Shown here in pieces: positions 11,126-18,888 of a stretch of DNA of 24,000 bases. Position numbers and translations under genes: made by a program. Source of the stretch: Deltaproteobacteria bacterium (GTDB taxonomy: Bacteria > Desulfobacterota > Desulfomonilia > Desulfomonilales > Desulfomonilaceae). Numbering within the stretch: position 1 is the first letter of the stretch; each line of letters begins with the position of its first letter. The notes under the pieces were generated by a model. It searched no databases and was not told where the DNA came from. It saw only the letters and a list, made by a program, of their open reading frames with translations. The stretch covers positions 66,379 to 90,378 of the forward strand of contig VGSG01000008.1 of the NCBI GenBank assembly GCA_016875095.1, read 5' to 3'.

Positions 11126-11380
11126 GTCATTCCGTCGGAAGCGCATTCGCGTTAAGTTAAAGGATCTCGACATGTGATTTCAAATAGTAAACTCAAATCC
11201 ACCCCGTCAGCCCGGCCCCCGGATCGCCGTCCGGGGCAGGCTTTGATCCGGGGTCCAGTCCCGCGCGGAACGCGGGATTGAATTACGCCTTTGGCGGGAC
11301 TGGATTCCCGCTTCCGCGGGAATGACGGACGAAAGAACTGGGCTGCTAAACTTAACGCCTATGGTCGGAAGCGGGAATCC
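11126..11380. repeat. Cluster of GC-rich REP-like palindromic units (the 'gtcattcccgcggaagcgggaatcc' family) inside the hypD-hypE gap
   Basis: Hairpins: attcccgc/gcgggaat (11304-11311 / 11316-11323) and tcccgcg/cgcggga (11259-11265 / 11271-11277). Inverted repeats: ccagtcccgc/gcgggactgg (11255-11264 / 11294-11303), ccccggatc/gatccgggg (11217-11225 / 11245-11253) and gcgttaagtt/aacttaacgc (11149-11158 / 11349-11358). Direct 10-mer gtcggaagcg at 11134-11143 and 11364-11373. Confidence 0.6.
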
Positions 11381-11526
11381 GGTTCAGGAAGCAGAGCCCA
11401 AAGGCTTACCCTGTCGTTTGTCCAGTTCCTGGATACCCCCTACGCGAGAATGACAAAGAAACAGGCCCCGGCTTCGGTCTGCCGGCTCGCCCATCCCGGG
11501 GCGACTATCACCGATCATCTTCCCGC

Positions 11527-12606
11527 TCATGCGGATCCGTATTTGTAATGGGCCGCGCAGGTACCTTCCGATGACACCATGCAAGGCCCAACTGGCTCTT
11601 CCGGCGTGCACTGTTTCCCGAACAGGCCGCATCGGTCAGGAGTCTTCGCGCCGGTGAGGATCGCAGCGCAAAGGCATCGCGGATCGTCCTCGGTCGGCGA
11701 GACGTTCACAGGCATCGCGGTCAATGAATCAAAGCCCGCGTAAGGTCCCCGGAGCTTGAGTCCGCTCCCGGGAATCAGTCCCAAGCCGCGCCACACCGCG
11801 TCAGTGGGCTCAAAGACCTCGTACATGATTTCGCGAGCGGCAGGGTTGCCGCCTTCACGCACGACTCGTTTATACCGATTCAATATCTGCGGCGGGCCAT
11901 CAACTGCCAGCCGGACGAGTTCACGCAGCGCCACGAGTATGTCTAACGGCTCAAAACCCGCAACCACTCCCGGCTTGTGGAATTCCTCCGCGAGGTACCG
12001 GTAGCAATCCGAGCCGATAATGGCCGAAACATGCCCCGGCAAGAGGAAGCCATCCAGATCTTCTTTGGCCGCAAGGATTTTCAGGGGAGGATGAATGGTC
12101 TTAAACGCGGGCAGCACGTACAAATTGCTGACCCCGGTCGGCACCGCGGTCTTCAATGTCGCGGCCACGGTCGGCGCCGTGGTCTCGAACCCTACACCGA
12201 GAAAAACCGTAGGTCGCGCGCTTTCTGCCTGAGCGATCCTGATCATGTCCAGGGGCGAGTACACAACTTTGACCCTACCGCCCTCCGACCGGAATGTGGC
12301 CAGGGATCCGGATGAGCCGGGCACGCGGATGAGGTCGCCGAACGTAACTATGCGCGCATCGTACTTTCGCCCCGTTTCCAGAGCCTGGTCTATGTATCGT
12401 TTTTCGGTGACGCACACAGGGCAACCCGGCCCAGAGACAAGCTTCAGGTTGTTCGGCAGGAGCGCTTTGAGGCCGCTCTGGGCAATAGCCATGGTGTGCG
12501 TGCCGCACACTTCCATAAGGTGGATCGGCCGGGAGGAACGCTCGCACGTGGCGTGGATTTCCCTTGCGATCGCCCGGGCGGCTCGGCCTTCATGGCTCGT
12601 GTTCAT
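11527..12606 (-). CDS. hypD: Hydrogenase maturation protein HypD
   Basis: 359 aa with diagnostic motifs CGTHT and GPGCPVCV, and a C-terminal Cys cluster. Its ATG overlaps the hypC stop (ATGA at 12606..12603). Confidence 0.95.
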   Translation of the reverse strand: MNTSHEGRAARAIAREIHATCERSSRPIHLMEVCGTHTMAIAQSGLKALLPNNLKLVSGPGCPVCVTEKRYIDQALETGRKYDARIVTFGDLIRVPGSSGSLATFRSEGGRVKVVYSPLDMIRIAQAESARPTVFLGVGFETTAPTVAATLKTAVPTGVSNLYVLPAFKTIHPPLKILAAKEDLDGFLLPGHVSAIIGSDCYRYLAEEFHKPGVVAGFEPLDILVALRELVRLAVDGPPQILNRYKRVVREGGNPAAREIMYEVFEPTDAVWRGLGLIPGSGLKLRGPYAGFDSLTAMPVNVSPTEDDPRCLCAAILTGAKTPDRCGLFGKQCTPEEPVGPCMVSSEGTCAAHYKYGSA

Positions 12607-12842
12607 GGTTCCGCCGGCTCCGCGGTCGCTTCCGCGAGTTCTCGAAAGAGGTCAAGCCTTATCTCAGCTTCATTCGCGTCTAAGACTTCTATCCCAAAGC
12701 CCGCGTGAATAATCAGGTAATCCCCCACCTGAGCATGAGGAATCATCATCAAGCTCACCGGCGCGGTCACCCCCCCGGTATCCACTTTCCCCACGCCATC
12801 TCCCGAGATTTCCACCAGCCTCATGGGAACTGCCAAACACAT
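12603..12842 (-). CDS. hypC: Hydrogenase maturation chaperone HypC
   Basis: 79 aa with the diagnostic N-terminus MCLAVPMRLVEI. Translationally coupled to hypD. Confidence 0.93.
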   Translation of the reverse strand: MCLAVPMRLVEISGDGVGKVDTGGVTAPVSLMMIPHAQVGDYLIIHAGFGIEVLDANEAEIRLDLFRELAEATAEPAEP

Positions 12843-13022
12843 CGTTTCAACACCTCACAATAAGTCGATTGTGCGGTCTATTTTTCGGAATTGGCACGGA
12901 GCCTGTCGCGCTGCGAGACTATTCACAACGCAATCGGCGCCCGACCCTTGCCTCAGAAGATTCAAGAGACCAGTCAAGCACTGGAAGCGCTAGCGAAAGA
13001 TGGGAGTTTTTGGTGAAGGGGT

Positions 13023-13060
13023 CCGGGGAGGCCCCTTTTGGCAGAAAGGGGCCTCCCCGG
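13023..13060. repeat. Perfect 16-bp inverted repeat (stem-loop) in the hypF-hypC spacer
   Basis: CCGGGGAGGCCCCTTT (13023-13038), a 6-nt loop tggcag, then AAAGGGGCCTCCCCGG (13045-13060). It starts 8 nt downstream of the hypF stop on the minus strand. No U-tract follows on either strand. Confidence 0.75.
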
Positions 13061-13067
13061 CAAATCT

Positions 13068-15482
13068 TCAAAAACATCCTACTTTCGTCGTCGCTCGCCA
13101 CCTTGCCAGGGCGCACACTGCCTGGCCGATAGCAATGCCGCCGTCATTAGGCGGAACTTCTTGATGAAGCAGCACCCGCAACCCGCTTGTGCTCAGGCGC
13201 GCGACGGTGCGCTCCGTAAGCAACCTATTCTGGAAGCAGCCTCCAGTTAGCCCCACGGTCTGTATCCCGTGCGCAGCCGCGACGTCTCGGAGTGTTCCGG
13301 CGACATAAGAAGCCATGCTGTTGTGGAACCTAGCCGCAACAGTCCCTGGAGGCGACCCATGAAGGATATCCTCTGCAACGCTCCTTATCAAGGGCCCAGG
13401 ATTGAGGATCAAGCCCGCTTCGTCCAGAAAAACAAGCTTATACTCACCGCTCTCGTTCGGGTCAACAATACCTTCGAGCCACATGGCGGCCTGGCCCTCG
13501 AAAGTCACACGGGACAGGAACCCGGTCGCGGCCGCGACTGCATCGAACAGCCTTCCCGCGGATGAAGTAACCGGTGAGTTGATACCTTTCCCCGCAGCTT
13601 CCAGCCAAAGGTTGACCCGCTCGATTTCAGTCCTGAACAGGGGAGCGAACTCCTCAGGAAGAGATCCGTCCTTGGATAAGAGCGCGGCCATGATGCGGGC
13701 AGGCTCGCGGATCGCAGCTTCCGATCCCGGAAGTGAAAAAAGACCGATGTGAGCCGCACGGCTGAAATCCGTCTCGTCCGCGAGGAGAAACTCGCCGCCC
13801 CAGATGGTGGCGTCAGGGCCGTACCCCGTTCCGTCAAAGACGGCAAAGACGCCCGGGCCTCCGGTTTGATGCTCAAACAGAAGGCTCACCGCGTGCGCGT
13901 GATGATGGAATACCTCTTCGACCGGTAAGTTCATCTTTCGCGCCAGGCCGGCGCTGAAGTATGCCGGATGAGGGTCCACAGCGACACGCTCGGGCTGAGC
14001 TTCCAGATATCCTGCCAAGACAGCCGCGGCCTGTTTGAAGTATTCGTGGGCAACCGGCGCCGCCAAATCACCCACATGGGGGCCCGGCACGACCTGAGCG
14101 TTCTTAACGATTGCCTGGCAGTTCTTGAGGTCACCGCCCGCGGCCATGATCACGGGAGCGTGGGTCATCGCGGAATCGCCCCAATTAGTCGGCGCGTCGG
14201 AGGCTTTGTCTCTTTCCCCTGTTGATCCCGGGGCTTGGCTTATCCGAAATTCGCCGGGAACCAGGCCTCGCGAACGCCGGAAAACCGTTGGATTGCCGGC
14301 GATTACCCTGAATATGGAATCGTCGGCTCTAAGCACGATTTCGCGGTTATGAAAAAGGAACGCATCCGCGAGCCCGAGAAGACGCTCCAGCGCTTCTTCA
14401 TTGCCGCGAGCAATGGGCTCTTCGCTCAAGTTCCCGGAAGTCATCACCAAGACGACAGGACGATGTTCCGGGCGCGAACCGGGATGCCTGAACAAGAGAT
14501 GATGCACAGGCGAATATGGGAGCATCACCCCCAAGGTTCGGACGAATGGCGCCACATTCGGCGCCACTTCATCTCCTCGAGCCTGAAGCAACGCTATAGG
14601 GGCAACCGGCGATCGCAGCAGCCGTTCTTCTTCCGGCCCCAGCATACAGAACCGACCCACTGTTTCCATGTCCGGCATCATCACTGCAAAAGGCTTCTCC
14701 TCGCGGCCTTTACGCTCACGCAGCCGGCTTACCGCTTCTTCATTTAAGGCGTCGCACGCGAGGTGAAAGCCCCCAATGCCCTTGATCGCAACCGTTTTGC
14801 CCTGGGCGAGGAGACAGACTGCTTCCACAACGGGATCGCCATCGATCGGCGCGCCCGTGGGGTCCGTGAGCGTTAATGAAGGCCCGCATTCGGGACACGA
14901 ATTTGTTTGAGAATGGAACCTCCGATCCGCGGGATCTCGGTACTCCGCCTCACATCTGGGACACATGGTGAAATCAGCCATGCTGGTGCGTTCGCGATCA
15001 TACGGAAACGAACGGACAACGGTGAATCGTGGTCCGCAGAGCGTGCAGGTGATAAACGGGTACAGAAATCGCGGGTTTTGCGGGTCGAAGAGTTCTCTTA
15101 CGCATTCAGGGCAAGCCGCCACATCCGACGGGATTGGCGTAATGGTGCGTTCGCCTCCCTGACTGACCTCTATGCGGAAGCCACGCTCACCCTGAGGCGC
15201 GATTTCTTCAACGCGGTTATGGTCCATACGACCTGGGAACGGAATGGTTGCAGGGAGTTCCCGTTCGAACGCGAGACATTGATCAAGACTTCCCTCCACC
15301 TCCAGGATGACGCCGTTTGTCGTGTTGATGACCCATCCATTCAGCCCCAACCGCGTGGCAAGCCGATAGATCGAAGGCCGGCAGCCGATCCCCTGAAGAA
15401 TCCCGGTCAGAATCATTCGCTTGCGGACAGCGGCCTCAGAGCGTTGGCCCGCGTTCGCGCTGGAGGTCTCATTTCGAACCAA
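13068..15482 (-). CDS. hypF: Carbamoyltransferase HypF
   Basis: 804 aa. Contains an acylphosphatase-like domain (ILTGILQGIGCRPSIYRLA), two Zn-finger pairs (CPECVRELFDPQNPRFLYPFITCTLCGPRF and CPRCEAEYRDPADRRFHSQTNSCPECGP), and YrdC-like and Kae1-like domains. The start is uncertain: TTG at 15482 or ATG at 15416. The ATG would truncate strand beta-1 of the acylphosphatase domain, so I keep 15482. Confidence 0.93.
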   Translation of the reverse strand: MVRNETSSANAGQRSEAAVRKRMILTGILQGIGCRPSIYRLATRLGLNGWVINTTNGVILEVEGSLDQCLAFERELPATIPFPGRMDHNRVEEIAPQGERGFRIEVSQGGERTITPIPSDVAACPECVRELFDPQNPRFLYPFITCTLCGPRFTVVRSFPYDRERTSMADFTMCPRCEAEYRDPADRRFHSQTNSCPECGPSLTLTDPTGAPIDGDPVVEAVCLLAQGKTVAIKGIGGFHLACDALNEEAVSRLRERKGREEKPFAVMMPDMETVGRFCMLGPEEERLLRSPVAPIALLQARGDEVAPNVAPFVRTLGVMLPYSPVHHLLFRHPGSRPEHRPVVLVMTSGNLSEEPIARGNEEALERLLGLADAFLFHNREIVLRADDSIFRVIAGNPTVFRRSRGLVPGEFRISQAPGSTGERDKASDAPTNWGDSAMTHAPVIMAAGGDLKNCQAIVKNAQVVPGPHVGDLAAPVAHEYFKQAAAVLAGYLEAQPERVAVDPHPAYFSAGLARKMNLPVEEVFHHHAHAVSLLFEHQTGGPGVFAVFDGTGYGPDATIWGGEFLLADETDFSRAAHIGLFSLPGSEAAIREPARIMAALLSKDGSLPEEFAPLFRTEIERVNLWLEAAGKGINSPVTSSAGRLFDAVAAATGFLSRVTFEGQAAMWLEGIVDPNESGEYKLVFLDEAGLILNPGPLIRSVAEDILHGSPPGTVAARFHNSMASYVAGTLRDVAAAHGIQTVGLTGGCFQNRLLTERTVARLSTSGLRVLLHQEVPPNDGGIAIGQAVCALARWRATTKVGCF

Positions 15483-15720
15483 GGGATTTTGGCCTCGCTG
15501 ATTGCTTTGCTCAACAGATTAGCGATTTTGCGGCGGGAAAGAAAGAGGATACCATCACGGGCGAACCCGTAAGCGCGCTGCTCACGATAAACCTGATTGC
15601 TCTGAATCACCGGAGATAGTATGATTTAGTGATAGCCGTCCCCATATCCGTGCGTAAAGAAGTCCCCCGACGCCAACGAGCCGTCCCGAACAAGGCGGAT
15701 GAGACCAAGGATTAAAGCGC

Positions 15721-16248
15721 ATGGAAGGAAAGCGCGTCAGCGACACTCGTATTGTTATGGCCGCGCAGATGAATCCCGAAGATGCTAATCCCGCGGGGAA
15801 CGTCCACGGCGGCGTGATCATGAAATATGTCGACACGGCCGCGGGCGCGGTTGCGATTCGTCATGCGCGCCGAATAGCGGTGACCGCTTCCATCGATCGC
15901 CTTGATTTCCATCATCCCGTTCTTGTGGGAAACATCCTGATTCTGAAGGCCAGCCTCAACTTTGTGGGCAGAACATCAATGGAAGTCGGAGTCCGCGTCG
16001 AGGCGGAGAATCTCTTGACCGGCGATGTGCGGCACACAGCCTCCGCGTACCTGACTTTCGTCGCTCTCGATCAGACCGGTAAGCCCGCGGAGGTTCCCCC
16101 TCTGATTCTGGAAACGGATGAAGACCGCCGACGCAACTGTGAAGCGATCGTGCGACGCAAGGCCCGCCTGGAAGAACGAGAGCGGGAACGGCGAGAACGC
16201 AGCGAACTGGAAAGAACGCGGCCTGTCGGTGGCAAAGCTGTGACCTGA
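15721..16248 (+). CDS. Acyl-CoA thioesterase, hotdog fold (YciA/acyl-CoA hydrolase-like)
   Basis: 175 aa. NPAGNVHGGVIMKYVDTAAGAVAIRHA...VTASIDRLDFHHPV..GRTSMEVGVRV matches the acyl-CoA hydrolase hotdog pattern. Charged Arg/Glu-rich C-terminal tail. Confidence 0.85.
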   Translation: MEGKRVSDTRIVMAAQMNPEDANPAGNVHGGVIMKYVDTAAGAVAIRHARRIAVTASIDRLDFHHPVLVGNILILKASLNFVGRTSMEVGVRVEAENLLTGDVRHTASAYLTFVALDQTGKPAEVPPLILETDEDRRRNCEAIVRRKARLEERERERRERSELERTRPVGGKAVT

Positions 16249-16396
16249 CATCAAACGAATCGCGGAAACAGAGAACAGGGGCCGCCTTTGCAGAAAGTCA
16301 AGCGCGGCATCCCGACTAACATGACGACCAACTGCCCTTCTTTCGGGTCACGATGAAACTGCCTCAGAGAGGCGCTAACAGAAAGGGGGATGGACT

Positions 16397-17641
16397 ATGA
16401 GGTTTCCGCATGCGATCAAGCGATCTGTGACATTGGCGGCCGTCGTGGCTGTGATGATTCTCTGGTCGGTGGGGCCGGCCCAATCGGAGAGCATCACCGG
16501 GCTGTCGGGAGTGCCGGACCTGCACGGATTGAAGCAGTTCTATTCGGTTCCGAATTTCAAGATCGGAGGTAAATACGAATTCGGAGACGAATCTAAGTAT
16601 GAATTCGGCGGTGAGGGTGGCGTGACCCTGGAGTCTCTCGGGAAAGAGCCCCTCCGACTGGCCTACATCGCGGTGGGAACGCCCCAGAAAGACGCGCAAG
16701 GCAAGATCACCAACGCTGTGGTGATCAGCTCGTATTATTCAGGGGACTCCACCTTCATGTACTTCTACTGGTTTGAGGGGCAGAAAGGGAACGCATTTGC
16801 TCAAGGGCCGGTGGTTGGGCCGGGCAAACTCATCGATACCGACAAGAACTACGTGGTCTTCCTCGATGCGCTGGGCCTCTGGGGCGCGAGCAAACCCAGC
16901 GACGGCCTGGGCATAAAGTTCCCGAAATACTCCAATATAGACTATGCTCAAGCGAACTACCGCCTGCTGAAGGACAAGCTGGGAATAGCAAGAGTGAAGC
17001 TCGCCACAGGCGTATCCATGGGGGCCATACAGAGCTACATTCTGGCGGCGCTCCACCCGGACTTTGTCGAGGCGATCATGCCCATCGGCGGCATTACGAA
17101 AAGCGATCCGGTGATGCGGTGGCTCTTCCAATTGATGACCGCGGCCATGCAGAGCGACCCGGTGTGGCGAGAAACTAAGGGAGACTACTATAAGCTCCCC
17201 AGGGACAAACATCCCAATCAAGGCATGATGTTCGGCTGGTCTGTTCTGGGCCACACGGGCCTGAGCTTCGATATGCGGATCCAGCAGGGCTGGGATACGG
17301 TCAAGAAAGACGTTTTCTACTGGGAACCCAAAGGCGATGAGAGTTCGGCTCTCGTTTCCAAGGCAAAGGAATTCGACGTCAACGACCTGCTGTATCGCAA
17401 CGAGGCAGGCGACACATTTGACATCTCGGACCAACTCGGCAGAATCAAAGCCAAGACCTTAATTCTCCACGTGAAAAACGATCAGTGGCTCAGGCACATT
17501 ACTGCGGAAGAAAACGTAAAGAAGATCAAGGGAGCCAAATTGGTGGGGTTTGAGAGTCCCTTGGCGCACTATGCGGTGTTCCGGGCCCCCAATGTGCTCA
17601 AGGATGACGTGGCGGCCTTTTTCAAAGAAATCGGCATGTAG
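16397..17641 (+). CDS. Secreted alpha/beta-fold hydrolase (homoserine O-acetyltransferase-like family)
   Basis: 414 aa. Signal peptide MRFPHAIKRSVTLAAVVAVMILWSVGPAQS. Nucleophile elbow GVSMG, followed by AIQSYILAALHPDFVEAIMPIGG. AAAGGGGGA RBS at 16382-16390. Confidence 0.75.
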   Translation: MRFPHAIKRSVTLAAVVAVMILWSVGPAQSESITGLSGVPDLHGLKQFYSVPNFKIGGKYEFGDESKYEFGGEGGVTLESLGKEPLRLAYIAVGTPQKDAQGKITNAVVISSYYSGDSTFMYFYWFEGQKGNAFAQGPVVGPGKLIDTDKNYVVFLDALGLWGASKPSDGLGIKFPKYSNIDYAQANYRLLKDKLGIARVKLATGVSMGAIQSYILAALHPDFVEAIMPIGGITKSDPVMRWLFQLMTAAMQSDPVWRETKGDYYKLPRDKHPNQGMMFGWSVLGHTGLSFDMRIQQGWDTVKKDVFYWEPKGDESSALVSKAKEFDVNDLLYRNEAGDTFDISDQLGRIKAKTLILHVKNDQWLRHITAEENVKKIKGAKLVGFESPLAHYAVFRAPNVLKDDVAAFFKEIGM

Positions 17642-17775
17642 GAACGCGTGATGCCGAATGCGCTTTCGGACAAACGAGTCTGATCCTGCCAGCGGCCGGG
17701 ATCCCCTTCGGGTCGCGCGACGCAGACCTGTGGACCTTCGTTGAGGAGATCCCCGCCCGCCGCAGAGAGTCGACG

Positions 17776-18252
17776 TTATCGCGGACCTGTCCATTCAAAG
17801 CCGTGTTCCGCGAGGAGAGATTTCACCTTATAGAACACCGAGACCACGATGCGCGGGCATCTTTCAGGCGCCTTGAGGGGGTCGTCCTCGGTGATGATGC
17901 GGCACAGGACACCCCCGTATTTTTCGCCGTACTTCGTCGAGAACCAATCCACCAGCTCAGCAATCATAGTCTTCAGCCGGAGATCCTCTTCGTCTTCAGC
18001 TCTTCCTCTCCCCGCGTGCAACCCGAGCACACATGCGCCGCCGGTAAGAGCGCCGCAAGTCTCTCCTGTGAAGCCGATCCCCCCGGCGAGAGATGACATG
18101 GCTTTGATCAGATCCGAATTCTCTTTGCCCTGCGCTTCCAAGCCCATGAACATGAGCACTTCACTGCAATGGAAACCTTGCTGCGCAAGTTCCACCATGC
18201 GCATCTGCTCCGGAGTCAGCCCACTTGCCGTAGCAATGCTTTCCGAGATCAT
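17776..18252 (-). CDS. C_GCAxxG_C_C family putative redox-active protein
   Basis: 158 aa. Pattern FHCSE...GETCGALTGGACVLGL...VLCRII...PERCPRIV matches the conserved Cys layout of that family. AAGGAGGA lies 8 nt upstream of the ATG. Confidence 0.8.
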   Translation of the reverse strand: MISESIATASGLTPEQMRMVELAQQGFHCSEVLMFMGLEAQGKENSDLIKAMSSLAGGIGFTGETCGALTGGACVLGLHAGRGRAEDEEDLRLKTMIAELVDWFSTKYGEKYGGVLCRIITEDDPLKAPERCPRIVVSVFYKVKSLLAEHGFEWTGPR

Positions 18253-18352
18253 TGTGCTTTTCCTCCTTGTTCTCTGCGCGAGCGCAGTCGTCTGTTGAGT
18301 CGCCTCTGTTGTACAGAGCGATACGCCGAGTCCAAAGAAAGGACTCGCCGCC

Positions 18353-18754
18353 TCATGTCACAGCGGCGCCTCGCCCCGAAGTGTCGCCGCGGACAAAACC
18401 CTTCGACGCGTCGCTCCCGGTCTCCTCTGAAGGAATGCAACCTGTGAGGACCGCTCCCAAGGCGTTCACAGCATCCTGGTCCACCCAGCATTGGATGTTC
18501 TTTCCCTGGCGCTCTATCTTGATCAACCCCGCGTGGCGCAGCTCCTTGATGTGGTGCGAAACGGTGGATGCGGCCACGTGGAGTTCTGCGCCGAGCTGGC
18601 CCACGTATCGCCGCGCGTCACCGTTAGTGGAGCATTTGGCGCCTGGCGGGCAACACTCGACGAGCCTGAGAAAGATTTGGAGGCGGTGGAGATTGGACAG
18701 CGCCTTGAACATGTCCGCGAACTTTTGGAGTTCATTATTTCGATAGTTCGACAT
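18353..18754 (-). CDS. ArsR/SmtB-family transcriptional regulator with a CCPPGAKC insertion
   Basis: Winged-HTH core FKALSNLHRLQIFLRL...VGQLGAELHVAASTVSHHIKELRHAGLIKIERQGKNIQCWVD. I prefer the ATG at 18754 (133 aa). A near-consensus promoter sits directly upstream of it, and that promoter lies downstream of the track's GTG start at 18814. Confidence 0.85.
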   Translation of the reverse strand: MSNYRNNELQKFADMFKALSNLHRLQIFLRLVECCPPGAKCSTNGDARRYVGQLGAELHVAASTVSHHIKELRHAGLIKIERQGKNIQCWVDQDAVNALGAVLTGCIPSEETGSDASKGFVRGDTSGRGAAVT

Positions 18755-18761
18755 GTCTCGT

Positions 18762-18790
18762 AGTATAGAACTATTCCTCTCCTGTGTCAA
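18762..18790 (-). promoter_or_regulatory. sigma70-type promoter of the arsR-like gene: TTGACA, 17 nt, TATACT
   Basis: The minus strand reads gaaaaaagcTTGACAcaggagaggaatagttcTATACTacgagacATG. The -35 is at 18790..18785 and the -10 at 18767..18762, with an A-tract upstream. Only 7 nt separate the -10 from the ATG. Confidence 0.55.
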
Positions 18791-18825
18791 GCTTTTTTCA
18801 CCAAAGGGCGCCACAGACCGGGGCC

Positions 18826-18888
18826 ATTGAATTTCCGTGCGAAATCAATATGAACTCAGTCGATATCTCTTGAATTTCGATGAATTTC
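18826..18888. promoter_or_regulatory. Candidate operator region: three copies of TGAATTTC plus an imperfect inverted repeat
   Basis: TGAATTTC occurs at 18828-18835, 18871-18878 and 18881-18888; the last two are in tandem with a 10-bp period. ATTGAATTTC cgtgc GAAATCAAT (18826-18849) is an imperfect palindrome. ATATGAAC (18848-18855) resembles an SmtB/CzrA-type half-site. Confidence 0.3.

Noticed and set aside
11291-11548. 85-aa ORF MAGLDSRFRGNDGRKNW...
   Set aside because: It is the translation of the palindromic repeat unit (ggattcccgcttccgcgggaatgac). It has no RBS and runs into the hypD 3' end, so it is a repeat-derived artefact.
12892-12907. sigma54-like TGGCAC-N5-ctgtc in the hypC-hypF spacer
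   Set aside because: The -12 element lacks the required GC at the right spacing. The motif is on the plus strand and points antisense into hypF.
15413-15610. 65-aa minus-strand ORF whose stop overlaps an alternative hypF ATG (ATGA at 15416..15413), suggesting a coupled upstream ORF
   Set aside because: It starts at a GTG with no Shine-Dalgarno. Using the ATG at 15416 would also cut into strand beta-1 of the HypF acylphosphatase domain. The overlap is probably coincidental, but the hypF start remains experimentally open.
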